The notes beneath the pieces were generated by a model. The model saw only the letters and a list, made by a program, of their open reading frames with translations. It was not told the origin of the DNA and made no database searches. DNA of 62,223 nt, filler included, from Deltaproteobacteria bacterium (GTDB lineage Bacteria; JAEEML01): NCBI GenBank assembly GCA_016283195.1. It is 4 parts of 4 records of this genome, joined end to end, with 100 filler letters (N's around TTAATTAATTAA, not from the genome) between each part and the next. Parts side by side here need not be neighbours in the genome. Positions count along the whole stretch, not along the records: positions 19,028 to 47,320 come from JAEEML010000054.1; 3 more parts are not named here. One strand, 5' to 3'. Below, piece by piece: positions 20,038-29,745 of this stretch. A program made the position numbers and the translations under genes. How positions within the stretch are numbered: position 1 is the stretch's first letter; each line of letters begins with the position of its first letter.

Positions 20038-20069
20038 ACCACACAGCTTTCGCCGTGTGGTACATTTTT
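20038..20069 (+). terminator. Probable intrinsic terminator (possibly bidirectional)
   Basis: Stem ACCACACAGC-TTTC-GCCGTGTGGT (one mismatch) followed by ACATTTTT, 17 nt after the FISUMP stop. Confidence 0.6.
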
Positions 20070-20072
20070 CTT

Positions 20073-20156
20073 CTAATCAAGCAATTTCACATCAATTTCG
20101 GCAAATTCGGCCGCTTCTTCTTTGCTGTGACCAAGGGCCATGAATTTTTGGGCCAG
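20073..20156 (-). pseudogene. Possible C-terminal remnant of an Rpn/YhgA-like nuclease (helix-turn-helix tail)
   Basis: My translation LAQKFMALGHSKEEAAEFAEIDVKLLD* resembles the Rpn C-terminal pattern; no convincing upstream homology. Confidence 0.3.
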
Positions 20157-20256
20157 TATAATTGAGTTAAAAAGGATATTTTGTTACATTGCCTAAGTTC
20201 ATGCGCCCTCACTGCGATGAGGGATAAAAATAGCCAGACGGCCAGGTGGTAAAGGA

Positions 20257-21408
20257 ATGAAAATAGCTTTTATAAGTGGCGGTTACCCTGCACCAAATGC
20301 TCCTCAAATAGCTGTTTTTTTACAAGAAACAGCCTTTTCTTTGGCGCGGCTTGGCCATGAGTGCGTTATAATCAGCCCGGTGAGTATCTTTAGATTTAGT
20401 GCCCTCGGTTTAACCGAAAAAATCTATAATGAAGAGCGCGACGGCGTAACTATTGAAATCCGGCGCCCGCTCTTTTTTAGTGCTTCTTCCCAAAAAATCG
20501 GCTCTTTTAATACTTACAAAATAACGCAAAAAGCCTTTGAAATGGCCGTAGCCGGCGAAATGGCCAAGCTGAAAAAAAAGCCCGATTTACTTTACGGCAT
20601 CTTTATGTATCCCGGCGGCAAAACGGCCGTAACCATGGGAGAAATTTTTAATATCAAAAGCGTTGTCGAAGTCGGCGAAGGCGAATTTTGGAGCATTGTC
20701 CCTTATGGCCCCAAAAGAGCCGGGCGCGAAATAGGCGGTGCAAGTCTAATAAATGCCCTGGGCAGCCATTTGGCGCGGCGCTTAAAAGAAGAGCTAAATA
20801 TAGCGCCAGAAAAAATCTTTGTTGAGCCCAACGGCGTGGATAGAAAGCTGTTTAGACCCCTTGATAAAAATATGTGCCGCCGCAAACTCAGCTTGCCGCC
20901 AAACTCCTTTATTGCCCTTTTCGTGGGCACTTTTAATGAAAATAAAGGTGCAAAAAAAGTATTAAAAGCTGTTGAAAATATTCCTGATTTACAGCTAGTA
21001 ATGATTGGCCGGGGCGAAGAAAATATTCATTCGGAAAAATTGCTTTTTAAAGGCATTGTTTCACATGAAACATTGCCGCTTTGGTACGGAGCTGCCGATC
21101 TTTTTGTCCTGCCCACCAAAGTTGAAGGCTCTTGTAACGCCATTTTGGAAGCTATGAGTTCGGGCCTCCCCATTGTAACTTCTCTCGGCGAGCATCTGGA
21201 TGATTTGGTAACTGACGAATGCGCTATAAGAATAAATCCAGATGCTCCGGAAGAAATAAGCGCAGCTATCTGCAAAATTAAAGATAATCCCGAGCTGAGA
21301 GCAAAATTAAGCGCTGCGGCCTACAAAAGATCGGCTCTTTTTGATAGTGTCAGTCATGCGGAGAGGCTTAGCCGCCGTTTTTTGGAACTCACCGGTCTGG
21401 AGGCTTAA
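20257..21408 (+). CDS. Glycosyltransferase family 4 (TuaC-like)
   Basis: PNGVD, KG, and the E-x7-E motif EGSCNAILEAMSSGLP. Confidence 0.9.
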   Translation: MKIAFISGGYPAPNAPQIAVFLQETAFSLARLGHECVIISPVSIFRFSALGLTEKIYNEERDGVTIEIRRPLFFSASSQKIGSFNTYKITQKAFEMAVAGEMAKLKKKPDLLYGIFMYPGGKTAVTMGEIFNIKSVVEVGEGEFWSIVPYGPKRAGREIGGASLINALGSHLARRLKEELNIAPEKIFVEPNGVDRKLFRPLDKNMCRRKLSLPPNSFIALFVGTFNENKGAKKVLKAVENIPDLQLVMIGRGEENIHSEKLLFKGIVSHETLPLWYGAADLFVLPTKVEGSCNAILEAMSSGLPIVTSLGEHLDDLVTDECAIRINPDAPEEISAAICKIKDNPELRAKLSAAAYKRSALFDSVSHAERLSRRFLELTGLEA

Positions 21409-22566
21409 ATGGCGGATGATTTAAAGGGGCTAAATGTTATATCTTTTACCACCGGTCACCCCTGCAGCGATGGGCGGATTTATTATAAAGAGGCTAAAAC
21501 ACTGGCAAAATTTGGAGCAAGTGTTACTGTTTTGGCCCCAAATATTGCTAAAATCCCGGAGCAGCCGCAGGGAGAAAATGTCACTTTTAAACTCTTTGAT
21601 ATTAAAAAAGGGCTGAAAAATCGCTTTATTCATGGCCATAAAATTTACCGCTCACTTCTGAATACAGACGGCGACCTCATTCATTGCCATGAGCCGGATG
21701 GGCTTTTCTGGGCTCTGCTCATCAAAAGAAAACGCCCGAATTTAAAGATTATTTTTGATAGCCACGAAATGTGGGGAGCGGATTTAGCCAAGCGCCTTCC
21801 GCCCATGCTCTGGAATAGCTCACAAAAAGGCTATGAGCTTTTTGAAAGCAACATGATAAGAGAGTGCGACGGCGCCTTTGGTGCTTCTTTGGCCATAAGC
21901 AATTATCTTAGCCACCATTTGCCGCATAATAATTTAGCCACCATTTTTAACGTGCCCACCAAAGCGGCTTTTCCCGAGCTTGAACCGGCAAAATTGCAAG
22001 AGCCCATCATTTTGCTGCATGAAGGAAGTTTAAGTTTTAATCGCGGCTTAAAAAATATGGCTATGGCCGTAAACGAGCTGAAAAATGATTACAATATTAA
22101 GCTTAAAATTGTTGGCGATGTTTTCGGTGAAGAAAAAGCATGGCTCGAAAAATATATAAAAAATCATAAGTTAGAAAATATTATTCAGCGCACCGGCTGG
22201 CTGCCTTATGAAAAGGTCGGCCCGGAAATAGCCAGCGGGCACATTGGCCTTAATTGCCACGAATATAATCCCCTAAATGCCATTGCCGCTCCCAATAAGT
22301 GCTTTAATTATATGTATTACGGCCTGGCGCAGGTGGCTCCGGATTTTCCCAAATCACACTATGCCATCTTGGCAAAAGAGGGGGCTTTAGAGAGCTTTAA
22401 AGCCGACAACTATAAATCAATGCTGGAAGCTATTAAAAAATACCTCAATAATTACAGTTTATTAGAAAAAGCGCGGCAAACGGCTCTTAAGCTTTCAAAA
22501 GAAAAATATCGCTGGGAGCACATGGAAAAGCCTCTTTTGGATGTCTATAGGCATGCTTTGCGCTAA
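21409..22566 (+). CDS. Glycosyltransferase family 4
   Basis: HPCSDGRIYYKE, HCHEP, FDSHE, PNKCFNYM. Confidence 0.88.
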   Translation: MADDLKGLNVISFTTGHPCSDGRIYYKEAKTLAKFGASVTVLAPNIAKIPEQPQGENVTFKLFDIKKGLKNRFIHGHKIYRSLLNTDGDLIHCHEPDGLFWALLIKRKRPNLKIIFDSHEMWGADLAKRLPPMLWNSSQKGYELFESNMIRECDGAFGASLAISNYLSHHLPHNNLATIFNVPTKAAFPELEPAKLQEPIILLHEGSLSFNRGLKNMAMAVNELKNDYNIKLKIVGDVFGEEKAWLEKYIKNHKLENIIQRTGWLPYEKVGPEIASGHIGLNCHEYNPLNAIAAPNKCFNYMYYGLAQVAPDFPKSHYAILAKEGALESFKADNYKSMLEAIKKYLNNYSLLEKARQTALKLSKEKYRWEHMEKPLLDVYRHALR

Positions 22567-23446
22567 AGTAAAATATCACCCCGTCACCTGGCCGGGGGGA
22601 GCTAATTTTGCTCTTTTTTTATCGCATGATGTGGATATTTTGCACCAGGGCAACTTTTTTAGTCAGCTCGGGCTTTTGCACCGCCGCGCTCCGGGGGCCT
22701 TTCTGCGCCAGCTTTTCTCGCCGGCAGAACCGGAAGCCGGTTTTAAAGAAATTTTAAAGATTGAGGCTAGTTACGGCTTTCATTCAACATTCTTTTTTTT
22801 AGAAGATAAAACATTTTCCCGCTATGGAGGGCGCTATATTTTTAGCGATCCGCTGCTTTTAAAAATAGCTGCTATGCTGCAGGCCGGCGGCCATGAAATA
22901 GCCATGCAAGGAACTTATAGAGCCCTTGATAAGCGGGAAAAATATGAGCAGGAAGCCGCCTCTTTTATTAAAGCTTTTGGGCAAAAGCCGCTGGGAGTAC
23001 GCAATCATTACTTAAGGCATAACGGCCTAAAAAGCTGGCAGGCGCAAGCGGAGGCCGGTTTTTTATATGATGCCACTATGGGTGAGCGCTTTAAAGTAAT
23101 TAGCCAAAGTGCGCCGGCAGGGCCATTTTTCCCGCTCACTAACTACCCGGATTTTCTTGCCTTTCCCACTACTATTATGGATGTGGCTCTCTTTGCCCAA
23201 ATGGCCGGGAAAAATTATAATAAGACTCTTAAAGCAGCAAAAGAGTGCTGCCGAAATGTTATTACTGCCGGCGGCGTGGTCACTCTTAATTTCCATAATA
23301 ATTATTTTGCCGCTCCCGAATTTAGTGAGCGCGAAGCCTTATATAATGACCTCTTATCTTGGCTAGCCGCCCAAAATCCCTGGAATGCCACCGGCTGGGA
23401 AATTGCCGATTATTACCGCCGGGCAAGAGTGGAGATTTATAAATGA
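22553..23446 (+). CDS. Polysaccharide deacetylase family protein
   Basis: LSHDVD, STFFF, GVRNHYLR, GFLYDAT, TIMD, NFH. Confidence 0.8.
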   Translation: MLCAKVKYHPVTWPGGANFALFLSHDVDILHQGNFFSQLGLLHRRAPGAFLRQLFSPAEPEAGFKEILKIEASYGFHSTFFFLEDKTFSRYGGRYIFSDPLLLKIAAMLQAGGHEIAMQGTYRALDKREKYEQEAASFIKAFGQKPLGVRNHYLRHNGLKSWQAQAEAGFLYDATMGERFKVISQSAPAGPFFPLTNYPDFLAFPTTIMDVALFAQMAGKNYNKTLKAAKECCRNVITAGGVVTLNFHNNYFAAPEFSEREALYNDLLSWLAAQNPWNATGWEIADYYRRARVEIYK

Positions 23447-24687
23447 AAATACTTAGTTATCGCCAATTTTTTACTTCGGATGACGGAGTGAACAATCGCC
23501 AGCCCAGAGAGCTTTTAAACGAACTGGCCCGGCGCGGACACCAGATTATTGTCTTAAGCGATGATTACAAAATAAATGCTGATGAACCGCTTTCCGAGTA
23601 TCACCAATTTGGCCGCGGTTATTGGCACTTAAAGCGCTTTAAAACGGCTAAAAACATGCGCGCCAGTTTAAAAAATCGTTTAAAAACCTATGGTTATTAT
23701 TCAGGAAAAGCGCTTTTATACGGCCTTACTCTGCCAAAACCTGATTTAATTTATACCAGCATTCAGCCGCTTTTTGCCGGGCTAGATGCGCTCATGCTGG
23801 CCCAAATTCATCATGTGCCGCTGGTGATGGAAATCCGCGACCTCTGGCCCGATGACCTGGTAGCAAGAAAGGTTATCTCCCTAAAAGCCGGCCTCCCCAT
23901 GTACCCCATGGCCACCCTTTTGTATAAAAAAAGCACCCATATTATTAGTGTCACCCCGGGCATTAAGCGCGAACTTTTGAAAAAGGGCCTATCCGATGAA
24001 AAAATCGATGTCCTGCCGGTGGGCTGCGATAAAGCACTTTTTGCCTCTTTGCCCAAAGATATCCGGGCTAAAACCCGGCAAAAATATGGCTGGGGCGATG
24101 ATTTTGTGGCCATTTATCCAGGCACCCACACTGAGGCCACAGCTATTGATGTTGTGGTAAAAGCTGCTAATATTCTCAAAGAAACACCTAATGTGCGCTT
24201 TGCTCTTTTTGGCGCTGGACAGTGCAAAGCCGGGGCCATGGAGCTGGCTAAAAATATGGGCCTTAAAAATATAGAGTTTCATGATCCGGTGCCCAAATCG
24301 GAAGTGGCCGCTATTATGAAAAGCGCCGATATCGGCCTTTTAAATTTGCAAAAAAGCCCGATAATCCACATTTTCTTTGAAAATAAATTTATGGATTACA
24401 TGGCTGCCGGCCTGCCGGTTTTTGGCAGCATGGAAGGCGAACAAGCCGATATTATTAAAAAATATAATTTTGGCAAAATAGTTCCCACCGGCGATTTTGC
24501 CTCACTTGCCGAGGTTATAAAAAATGCCGCCGCCGGCGAATATGACCTAAAAGATATGGGCCAGAGAATCAAAGAATACGGAGAAACGCGCCTTAACATG
24601 GAAGAAATGCTCAGGCTCTATGCCGATAGAATTGAGCAAATCGGCCGCGGGGAAAAGATAACTAAGGCTTATGAGCCGAATTTATAA
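23443..24687 (+). CDS. Glycosyltransferase family 4 (WbuB-like)
   Basis: EIRDLWP, NKFMDYMAAGLPV. Confidence 0.88.
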   Translation: MKILSYRQFFTSDDGVNNRQPRELLNELARRGHQIIVLSDDYKINADEPLSEYHQFGRGYWHLKRFKTAKNMRASLKNRLKTYGYYSGKALLYGLTLPKPDLIYTSIQPLFAGLDALMLAQIHHVPLVMEIRDLWPDDLVARKVISLKAGLPMYPMATLLYKKSTHIISVTPGIKRELLKKGLSDEKIDVLPVGCDKALFASLPKDIRAKTRQKYGWGDDFVAIYPGTHTEATAIDVVVKAANILKETPNVRFALFGAGQCKAGAMELAKNMGLKNIEFHDPVPKSEVAAIMKSADIGLLNLQKSPIIHIFFENKFMDYMAAGLPVFGSMEGEQADIIKKYNFGKIVPTGDFASLAEVIKNAAAGEYDLKDMGQRIKEYGETRLNMEEMLRLYADRIEQIGRGEKITKAYEPNL

Positions 24688-24719
24688 TTTACTTTTTTAT
24701 GCAAATCTAAAATGGCATT

Positions 24720-26189
24720 TTACTTTTGCATAAAATGCTTAATGCGCCCATAGGCATATTTGGCATAAGTGCCCGCCAAAAAGAGATAAGGCGATTTTGT
24801 AGCAATATTAGCCAGATGTCCCGGGTTAGCCGGGAGCGTTAAAAGCTCTGGATCATTCCTTTTTAAAAGCTCATTGTGAATGATATTTTTTGTGCGCTCG
24901 GCTGCCGGCACTCCCAGCCAGTAAGCAATAACATCACGTGAATTAAAGATATTTACTCTATTTACTCCGCAAAGAGCATATAAATTTCCGCCTTGGTTGG
25001 CCCAGCGCCCCATGCGGTTTTCCAGGTTAAAGAGGTCAAAGAGGTACTCATTTTCCCCCAAGCTGCAGGCATCTTGAAGCCATTTTTCCACCTCTTTTTT
25101 GGCGAGTATCTCATAATTATGGATTTTACACAAAATATAAAAGGCGTTGCAGTAATTTGGCCTAAGCCCGCCGCCAATATAATTATTGCCGATATGACCA
25201 ATAATATCACCATTGATAATAGCTGTATTTATTGAGAAATTTTTGCGCAAAGTATAGGCCAGATCAACAGTGCCCCGGTCATAATAGGGGCCAATTATCT
25301 CTTCAAGCGCCGCATGATAAGCTTCCGGAGCTTTTAAATCCTCGATCATCAGGTGCACTTTTCCCTGGCGCCGGCAAATTATCTGCGGAATAACCAGGTC
25401 CGAATGCCAGGGAGCATAATTATGCCTGAAGGTATATATCGGCACATCACCAAGGTTTCTTTGCAAAAAGCTTAAAATCAGGCGGCTATCGGCACCAGCC
25501 GTCAGTGGACAGGCAAAAGAATATTTTTCACTAAAAGCTTTTGTAATATTATCAATAAGTTCTGCCGAAGCGGCAATAGTATCTTCGCTGCTTTTAAGGC
25601 TTACTATTTTTAAAGGCACCCGCATAACCTGGCGCCTTTTTAAATCCAAAATATGGTTTGGGAGCAATATTTTTATATTATCATAATTAGTTATATCACC
25701 GGGAAGCGGCTGGCTGTAATTTTCACTGCCACGGCGAATAGCCATGCTTTCAGCGGAAAATCCATAATTAAAATAGCCGGCAACAAGATGCGGCACCGAA
25801 CCTATGACCCAATCCTTTTCATCATAGCCATAATAAATCGGTATGGAGTGCATGGCATCACCGAAGACATAAATTTCCTGGCCATGAGCATAAAAAATAA
25901 CAAAATTACCGGCCAGGCGGCTGCTAAAATCATAAATATCTTTATAATTCGGCCCATGGTTCAAAAGAGCTAATGCCAGTTCTTCTTTTTTAATGCTATT
26001 TTGCGAATCCACACAAAAACCGATAATTACAAGCTGCTCATTTTTGCGCTCGGCATAAGTAGCCGGAGTTCTTGCAGTATAATTAAGAATATACTTCCCG
26101 CGGCCAATAGCTAAATGGCGCCGAAAAAGCGCCTCTTCCTTTGGGCTAATCATAAAAGTAAAAGTGGCTTCATCAAAAGAGTAATTCAT
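24720..26189 (-). CDS. Asparagine-synthetase-like ATP-dependent amide ligase (no N-terminal catalytic Cys)
   Basis: PP-loop PLTAGADSR; Ntn-like region (LAGNFV, DAMHSIPIYY, LLPNH); ENRMGRW. Start at 26189 overlaps the upstream stop. Confidence 0.6.
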   Translation of the reverse strand: MNYSFDEATFTFMISPKEEALFRRHLAIGRGKYILNYTARTPATYAERKNEQLVIIGFCVDSQNSIKKEELALALLNHGPNYKDIYDFSSRLAGNFVIFYAHGQEIYVFGDAMHSIPIYYGYDEKDWVIGSVPHLVAGYFNYGFSAESMAIRRGSENYSQPLPGDITNYDNIKILLPNHILDLKRRQVMRVPLKIVSLKSSEDTIAASAELIDNITKAFSEKYSFACPLTAGADSRLILSFLQRNLGDVPIYTFRHNYAPWHSDLVIPQIICRRQGKVHLMIEDLKAPEAYHAALEEIIGPYYDRGTVDLAYTLRKNFSINTAIINGDIIGHIGNNYIGGGLRPNYCNAFYILCKIHNYEILAKKEVEKWLQDACSLGENEYLFDLFNLENRMGRWANQGGNLYALCGVNRVNIFNSRDVIAYWLGVPAAERTKNIIHNELLKRNDPELLTLPANPGHLANIATKSPYLFLAGTYAKYAYGRIKHFMQK

Positions 26190-26863
26190 TTTGTCACCTT
26201 CCCTTTGGAGCCGCGCCGGCTTTTTTTCGTCCATTTCCAGATATTTACGCTAGTCATGCGGATTTCGTCTTCATAGTTCTCTATGAGCTCAAAAAGGCCT
26301 TTTTCGGCTATATAAGGGCTAATGGTTCTGCCATAACAGATAAGATAGACATAAGGATCTTTTCTCTTCCTATTAATAGTTGCGCAAATGGCATCTATAA
26401 CCTCAGCATAAATATCCGGCTCAAAGGGATTAAACAAAAAATAAACATTAAATTCTGCGTAGTTATCAAAATTTGTCGCATCATCGTGAAAAAGCTCAAT
26501 CTCGGGCATCTTGAGCTTTTCAAAATTTTTCACCGCTATTTCATATAAGCTGTCTTCTATTTCCAAGCCGGCAATGCGCTTAAAAGGATAATGCGAAGCA
26601 TGAAGCAGCACTCCGCCTTTGCCGCAGCCAATATCTATAAATTTGTCATCGGCACAAATATCTATTTTTTTCATAATGTTATCAAAAGACTTTTTCTGCG
26701 TTAAGGCATAACCGTGGCTGCCTTTTCTCTTTATGCCCAGCGATTTTTGGCGCAGGGAAAAGTCAATACCCTGCGGCTTTTCCAGGAGCAGGGATTTCAG
26801 CACAAATTTTACCCCTCTAAAAAGTCTTTTTACATTCTTCTTTAGGCTTTTCTTTAGCTTCAT
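26186..26863 (-). CDS. Class I SAM-dependent methyltransferase
   Basis: FIDIGCGKG, GLE, DDA, FLFNPF. Confidence 0.85.
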   Translation of the reverse strand: MKLKKSLKKNVKRLFRGVKFVLKSLLLEKPQGIDFSLRQKSLGIKRKGSHGYALTQKKSFDNIMKKIDICADDKFIDIGCGKGGVLLHASHYPFKRIAGLEIEDSLYEIAVKNFEKLKMPEIELFHDDATNFDNYAEFNVYFLFNPFEPDIYAEVIDAICATINRKRKDPYVYLICYGRTISPYIAEKGLFELIENYEDEIRMTSVNIWKWTKKSRRGSKGKVTK

Positions 26864-26900
26864 TTCTTATTAACTCACTAATTTTATAGGCTTTTAAGCT

Positions 26901-27836
26901 TTATTTTTGGCTATTATAAACAGGCGTCAGCCAGTGACTAAATTTAGCATTTTTACCGCAAACAGCGGCTAAATAGGCAGTATGCAGTCTCTTAGTTATT
27001 TGGCCTTCTTCTTTAGTAATTTCATAATGATCCACCGAGAATATCGGGGTTATTTCCATTGAGGAGCCACAGAGGAAAGCCTCATCGGCATTATAGAGCT
27101 CGGTGCGATCGATGGTGCGCTCTTCTACCTTAATATCTAAATCGTGGGCCAGAGTGATTATTGAATCGCGGGTGATGCTTTCCAAAACGCTATCTGTAAG
27201 GAGCGGAGTTATGAGCCGGCCATTTTTCACCATAAAGAGGCAGGAGCCGGGCCCTTCTGATATATGGCCGTTATTATTAAGAAATATCGCTGTATCATAG
27301 CCGTTTTCCAGGGCTTCCAGCTGCCCCATGCGGCTATTTATATAATTGGCGCCACACTTAATGCGCGGCGAAAGAGAGTTATCATTTATGCGCTGCCAGG
27401 AAGAGATGCAGCAATTAAGCCCCTTTTTATTATATTCCGGGCTGGTTTTGGCTTTGGGGATGGGAGCAATAAACATATTTACTGGCCCTCTGGAGCCCCA
27501 GGAACCAAAACCTTCAATAAAAAGCGTCTGCCTAACTGCCAAATCTTCTTTATATTCATTAGCTTTTATCACCGCTATGAAGGCCTCTTTAAGCTCCTCC
27601 AAAGTAAAAGTATCCTCCATTTTAAGGAGGCGCTGCGAGCGTTTAAGGCGCTTAAAATGGTCAGCCAGTCTAAAGGCAAATAGCTCTTTTTGTTCACTAT
27701 TCCAATAGCAGCGAATGCCTTCAAAAACATTTAAGCCAAACTGGGATGTTGGAGCCAAAACATTAATATTTGCCTCATAGACGGGCACAATTTTCCCGGA
27801 AAGCCAGATAAAACGCTCTTCTACTTTTGGGGGCAT
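26901..27836 (-). CDS. PLP class IV aminotransferase (IlvE-like)
   Basis: VFEGIR, RIKCGANY, EGPGSCLF, LESITR, DEAFLCGS. Confidence 0.9.
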   Translation of the reverse strand: MPPKVEERFIWLSGKIVPVYEANINVLAPTSQFGLNVFEGIRCYWNSEQKELFAFRLADHFKRLKRSQRLLKMEDTFTLEELKEAFIAVIKANEYKEDLAVRQTLFIEGFGSWGSRGPVNMFIAPIPKAKTSPEYNKKGLNCCISSWQRINDNSLSPRIKCGANYINSRMGQLEALENGYDTAIFLNNNGHISEGPGSCLFMVKNGRLITPLLTDSVLESITRDSIITLAHDLDIKVEERTIDRTELYNADEAFLCGSSMEITPIFSVDHYEITKEEGQITKRLHTAYLAAVCGKNAKFSHWLTPVYNSQK

Positions 27837-27845
27837 AATATTCTC

Positions 27846-28538
27846 CTACTCTGCATCGGGAAGATGGGCCAGGCGCACAGTTTCTTCATGAGCCTTTTGG
27901 GCCGCTTCGGCATCGCTCAAATTGCTATCAATTTTTTCTTCATAAATATTATTTTTACGAAAGACTTTGGGAATAGTTTCCAGCAAGATTTTTAAATCTA
28001 TCAACACACCGTATTTATTATATAAATCCACATATAGATTATCATAATAGACTTTTTCTTCCCAGGAATTTTCGTTGCGCCCTTTAATCTGCGCCAGGCC
28101 GGTAATACCGCCTTTTACGCTAAAGCGCTTTTTATATTTTTTATTTAAGGTATTATAATCACCCAAAGAATAAGTAACCGGCGGTCTGGGGCCAACAATA
28201 GAAAGATCACCCTTTATAATATTAAAAAGCTGCGGCAATTCATCCAGGCTGGTTTCGCGCAAAAAATGGCCGACTTTTGTCACGCGGGGGTCTCCGGAAA
28301 AGTTAAAAATTCCCGCACCTTGTTTCTCTGCACCCACCACCATGGAGCGAAATTTATACATATTAAAAACGCGCCCGTTTTTAGTTAAGCGCTTTTGTTT
28401 AAAAATAGCCGGCCCCCTGGAATCATATTTAATAGCCAGCGGGATAATCACAAAGGCCGGAATTAAAAGCGCCGAAAAGCTGCCTGCCACGGTTAAATCA
28501 AAAGATCTCTTAATAATATCATTGGCTTTTCTAAACAT
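27846..28538 (-). CDS. Priming sugar-phosphate transferase (PF02397)
   Basis: KRSFD, YKFRSM, DPRVT, SLDELPQ, VGPRP, GITGLAQ. Confidence 0.93.
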   Translation of the reverse strand: MFRKANDIIKRSFDLTVAGSFSALLIPAFVIIPLAIKYDSRGPAIFKQKRLTKNGRVFNMYKFRSMVVGAEKQGAGIFNFSGDPRVTKVGHFLRETSLDELPQLFNIIKGDLSIVGPRPPVTYSLGDYNTLNKKYKKRFSVKGGITGLAQIKGRNENSWEEKVYYDNLYVDLYNKYGVLIDLKILLETIPKVFRKNNIYEEKIDSNLSDAEAAQKAHEETVRLAHLPDAE

Positions 28539-29745
28539 TTTGTTTCTCAAAAGGAGCATAGGTGCCAAATATATCTGCGGCTTTCTCCGCCCTCCTTATA
28601 ACATTAATACTCCCATCAGGCAAAAGCTCCAAGATGGGAAAATTAGGCAAAATAAAGGGCGGTTTCATCACCAGGGAGTAGGCGCCGACATTTTGATAAA
28701 TAAGCATATCGCCTTTAGCTAGTAAACCGCTAAAATTACGCGTTAAAAGATCTCCCTCCATACAGGTATAGCCATAAATATCTATCTCACGATATTTTTT
28801 TACTTTTTCTCCGCAGCGGACAATCAGCGGCCAGTGGTTTTTGCGGCTCATGGCTGCCGGCAGATTAAAGCGTGAAGCCAAAACTAAAGCCGCCGGCTTA
28901 CTAATTTCTTCTTTTATATCCAGCACGGTGGTTACAAAAGTTAAGGCCCGGCTCGCTATGGCCCGGCCAGGCTCTAAAATAAGGCCAGGCGGCTCAGGAA
29001 ATGTTGCAAAATTCTCTTTAAATATTGCGGCAATTCGCCCGGCATATTGCTTAAAAGTCGGCTTATCTCGCGCCGGAGCAGCCAGCCCGCCACCGAGATC
29101 CAAATATCGGGGCATTTTTTTTAAACTTTTGGCCAGGTTAGTTAGTGCCTTAGCCTTTTTTTCCCAAATTTCCAAGCTCTCGCCGGGCAGATGCAAGTGG
29201 AGGGCAAAAAAATTAATATTTTTATTTTCATAAATAAATTCAATGACTTTATTGAAAATTTTACCTTTAGGGTCAAGGCCAAAGCGCGAAGGAGAAGAAG
29301 AAAGCTCAGGAAAATTTAAGCGCACGCCGATATTAAAAATATGCTGCGGATAGAGGGGCAGCAGCTCTTTCAGCAAATTAAAGTCGCGCTCATTATCAAT
29401 ATTTACCGCTCCGCCCTTAAGGAGCACCTCTTTAAATGTCGCCGCCTCTTTATATGGGCCGTTAAAAATAATTTTTTTTGGGCTTATAGCCAGTTTTTTG
29501 CTTAAATAAAACTCCATTCCAGAAACAATTTCAGCAAAGGAGCCTAGGGCATCAGCCGCCGCTACTATTTGCGGCAAGTAATTGGTTTTATAGGAATATG
29601 CCAGATAAGTATTGGGGTAAATTGCCCTAAAAGCACTTATAAGTTCATTAAAATCCTTATTAAACTCAGCTCTATCAAAAATGTAAAAAGCTTCTCCGTA
29701 AAGGGATCTTAACTTTTTTAAAAGCTCTTTACCTGGCCCACTCAT
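28531..29745 (-). CDS. PLP fold-III decarboxylase (diaminopimelate-decarboxylase-like)
   Basis: YSYKTN (PLP Lys), NGPYK, SRFG, DLGGG, EPGR, CMEGD, VGAY. Confidence 0.85.
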   Translation of the reverse strand: MSGPGKELLKKLRSLYGEAFYIFDRAEFNKDFNELISAFRAIYPNTYLAYSYKTNYLPQIVAAADALGSFAEIVSGMEFYLSKKLAISPKKIIFNGPYKEAATFKEVLLKGGAVNIDNERDFNLLKELLPLYPQHIFNIGVRLNFPELSSSPSRFGLDPKGKIFNKVIEFIYENKNINFFALHLHLPGESLEIWEKKAKALTNLAKSLKKMPRYLDLGGGLAAPARDKPTFKQYAGRIAAIFKENFATFPEPPGLILEPGRAIASRALTFVTTVLDIKEEISKPAALVLASRFNLPAAMSRKNHWPLIVRCGEKVKKYREIDIYGYTCMEGDLLTRNFSGLLAKGDMLIYQNVGAYSLVMKPPFILPNFPILELLPDGSINVIRRAEKAADIFGTYAPFEKQNV

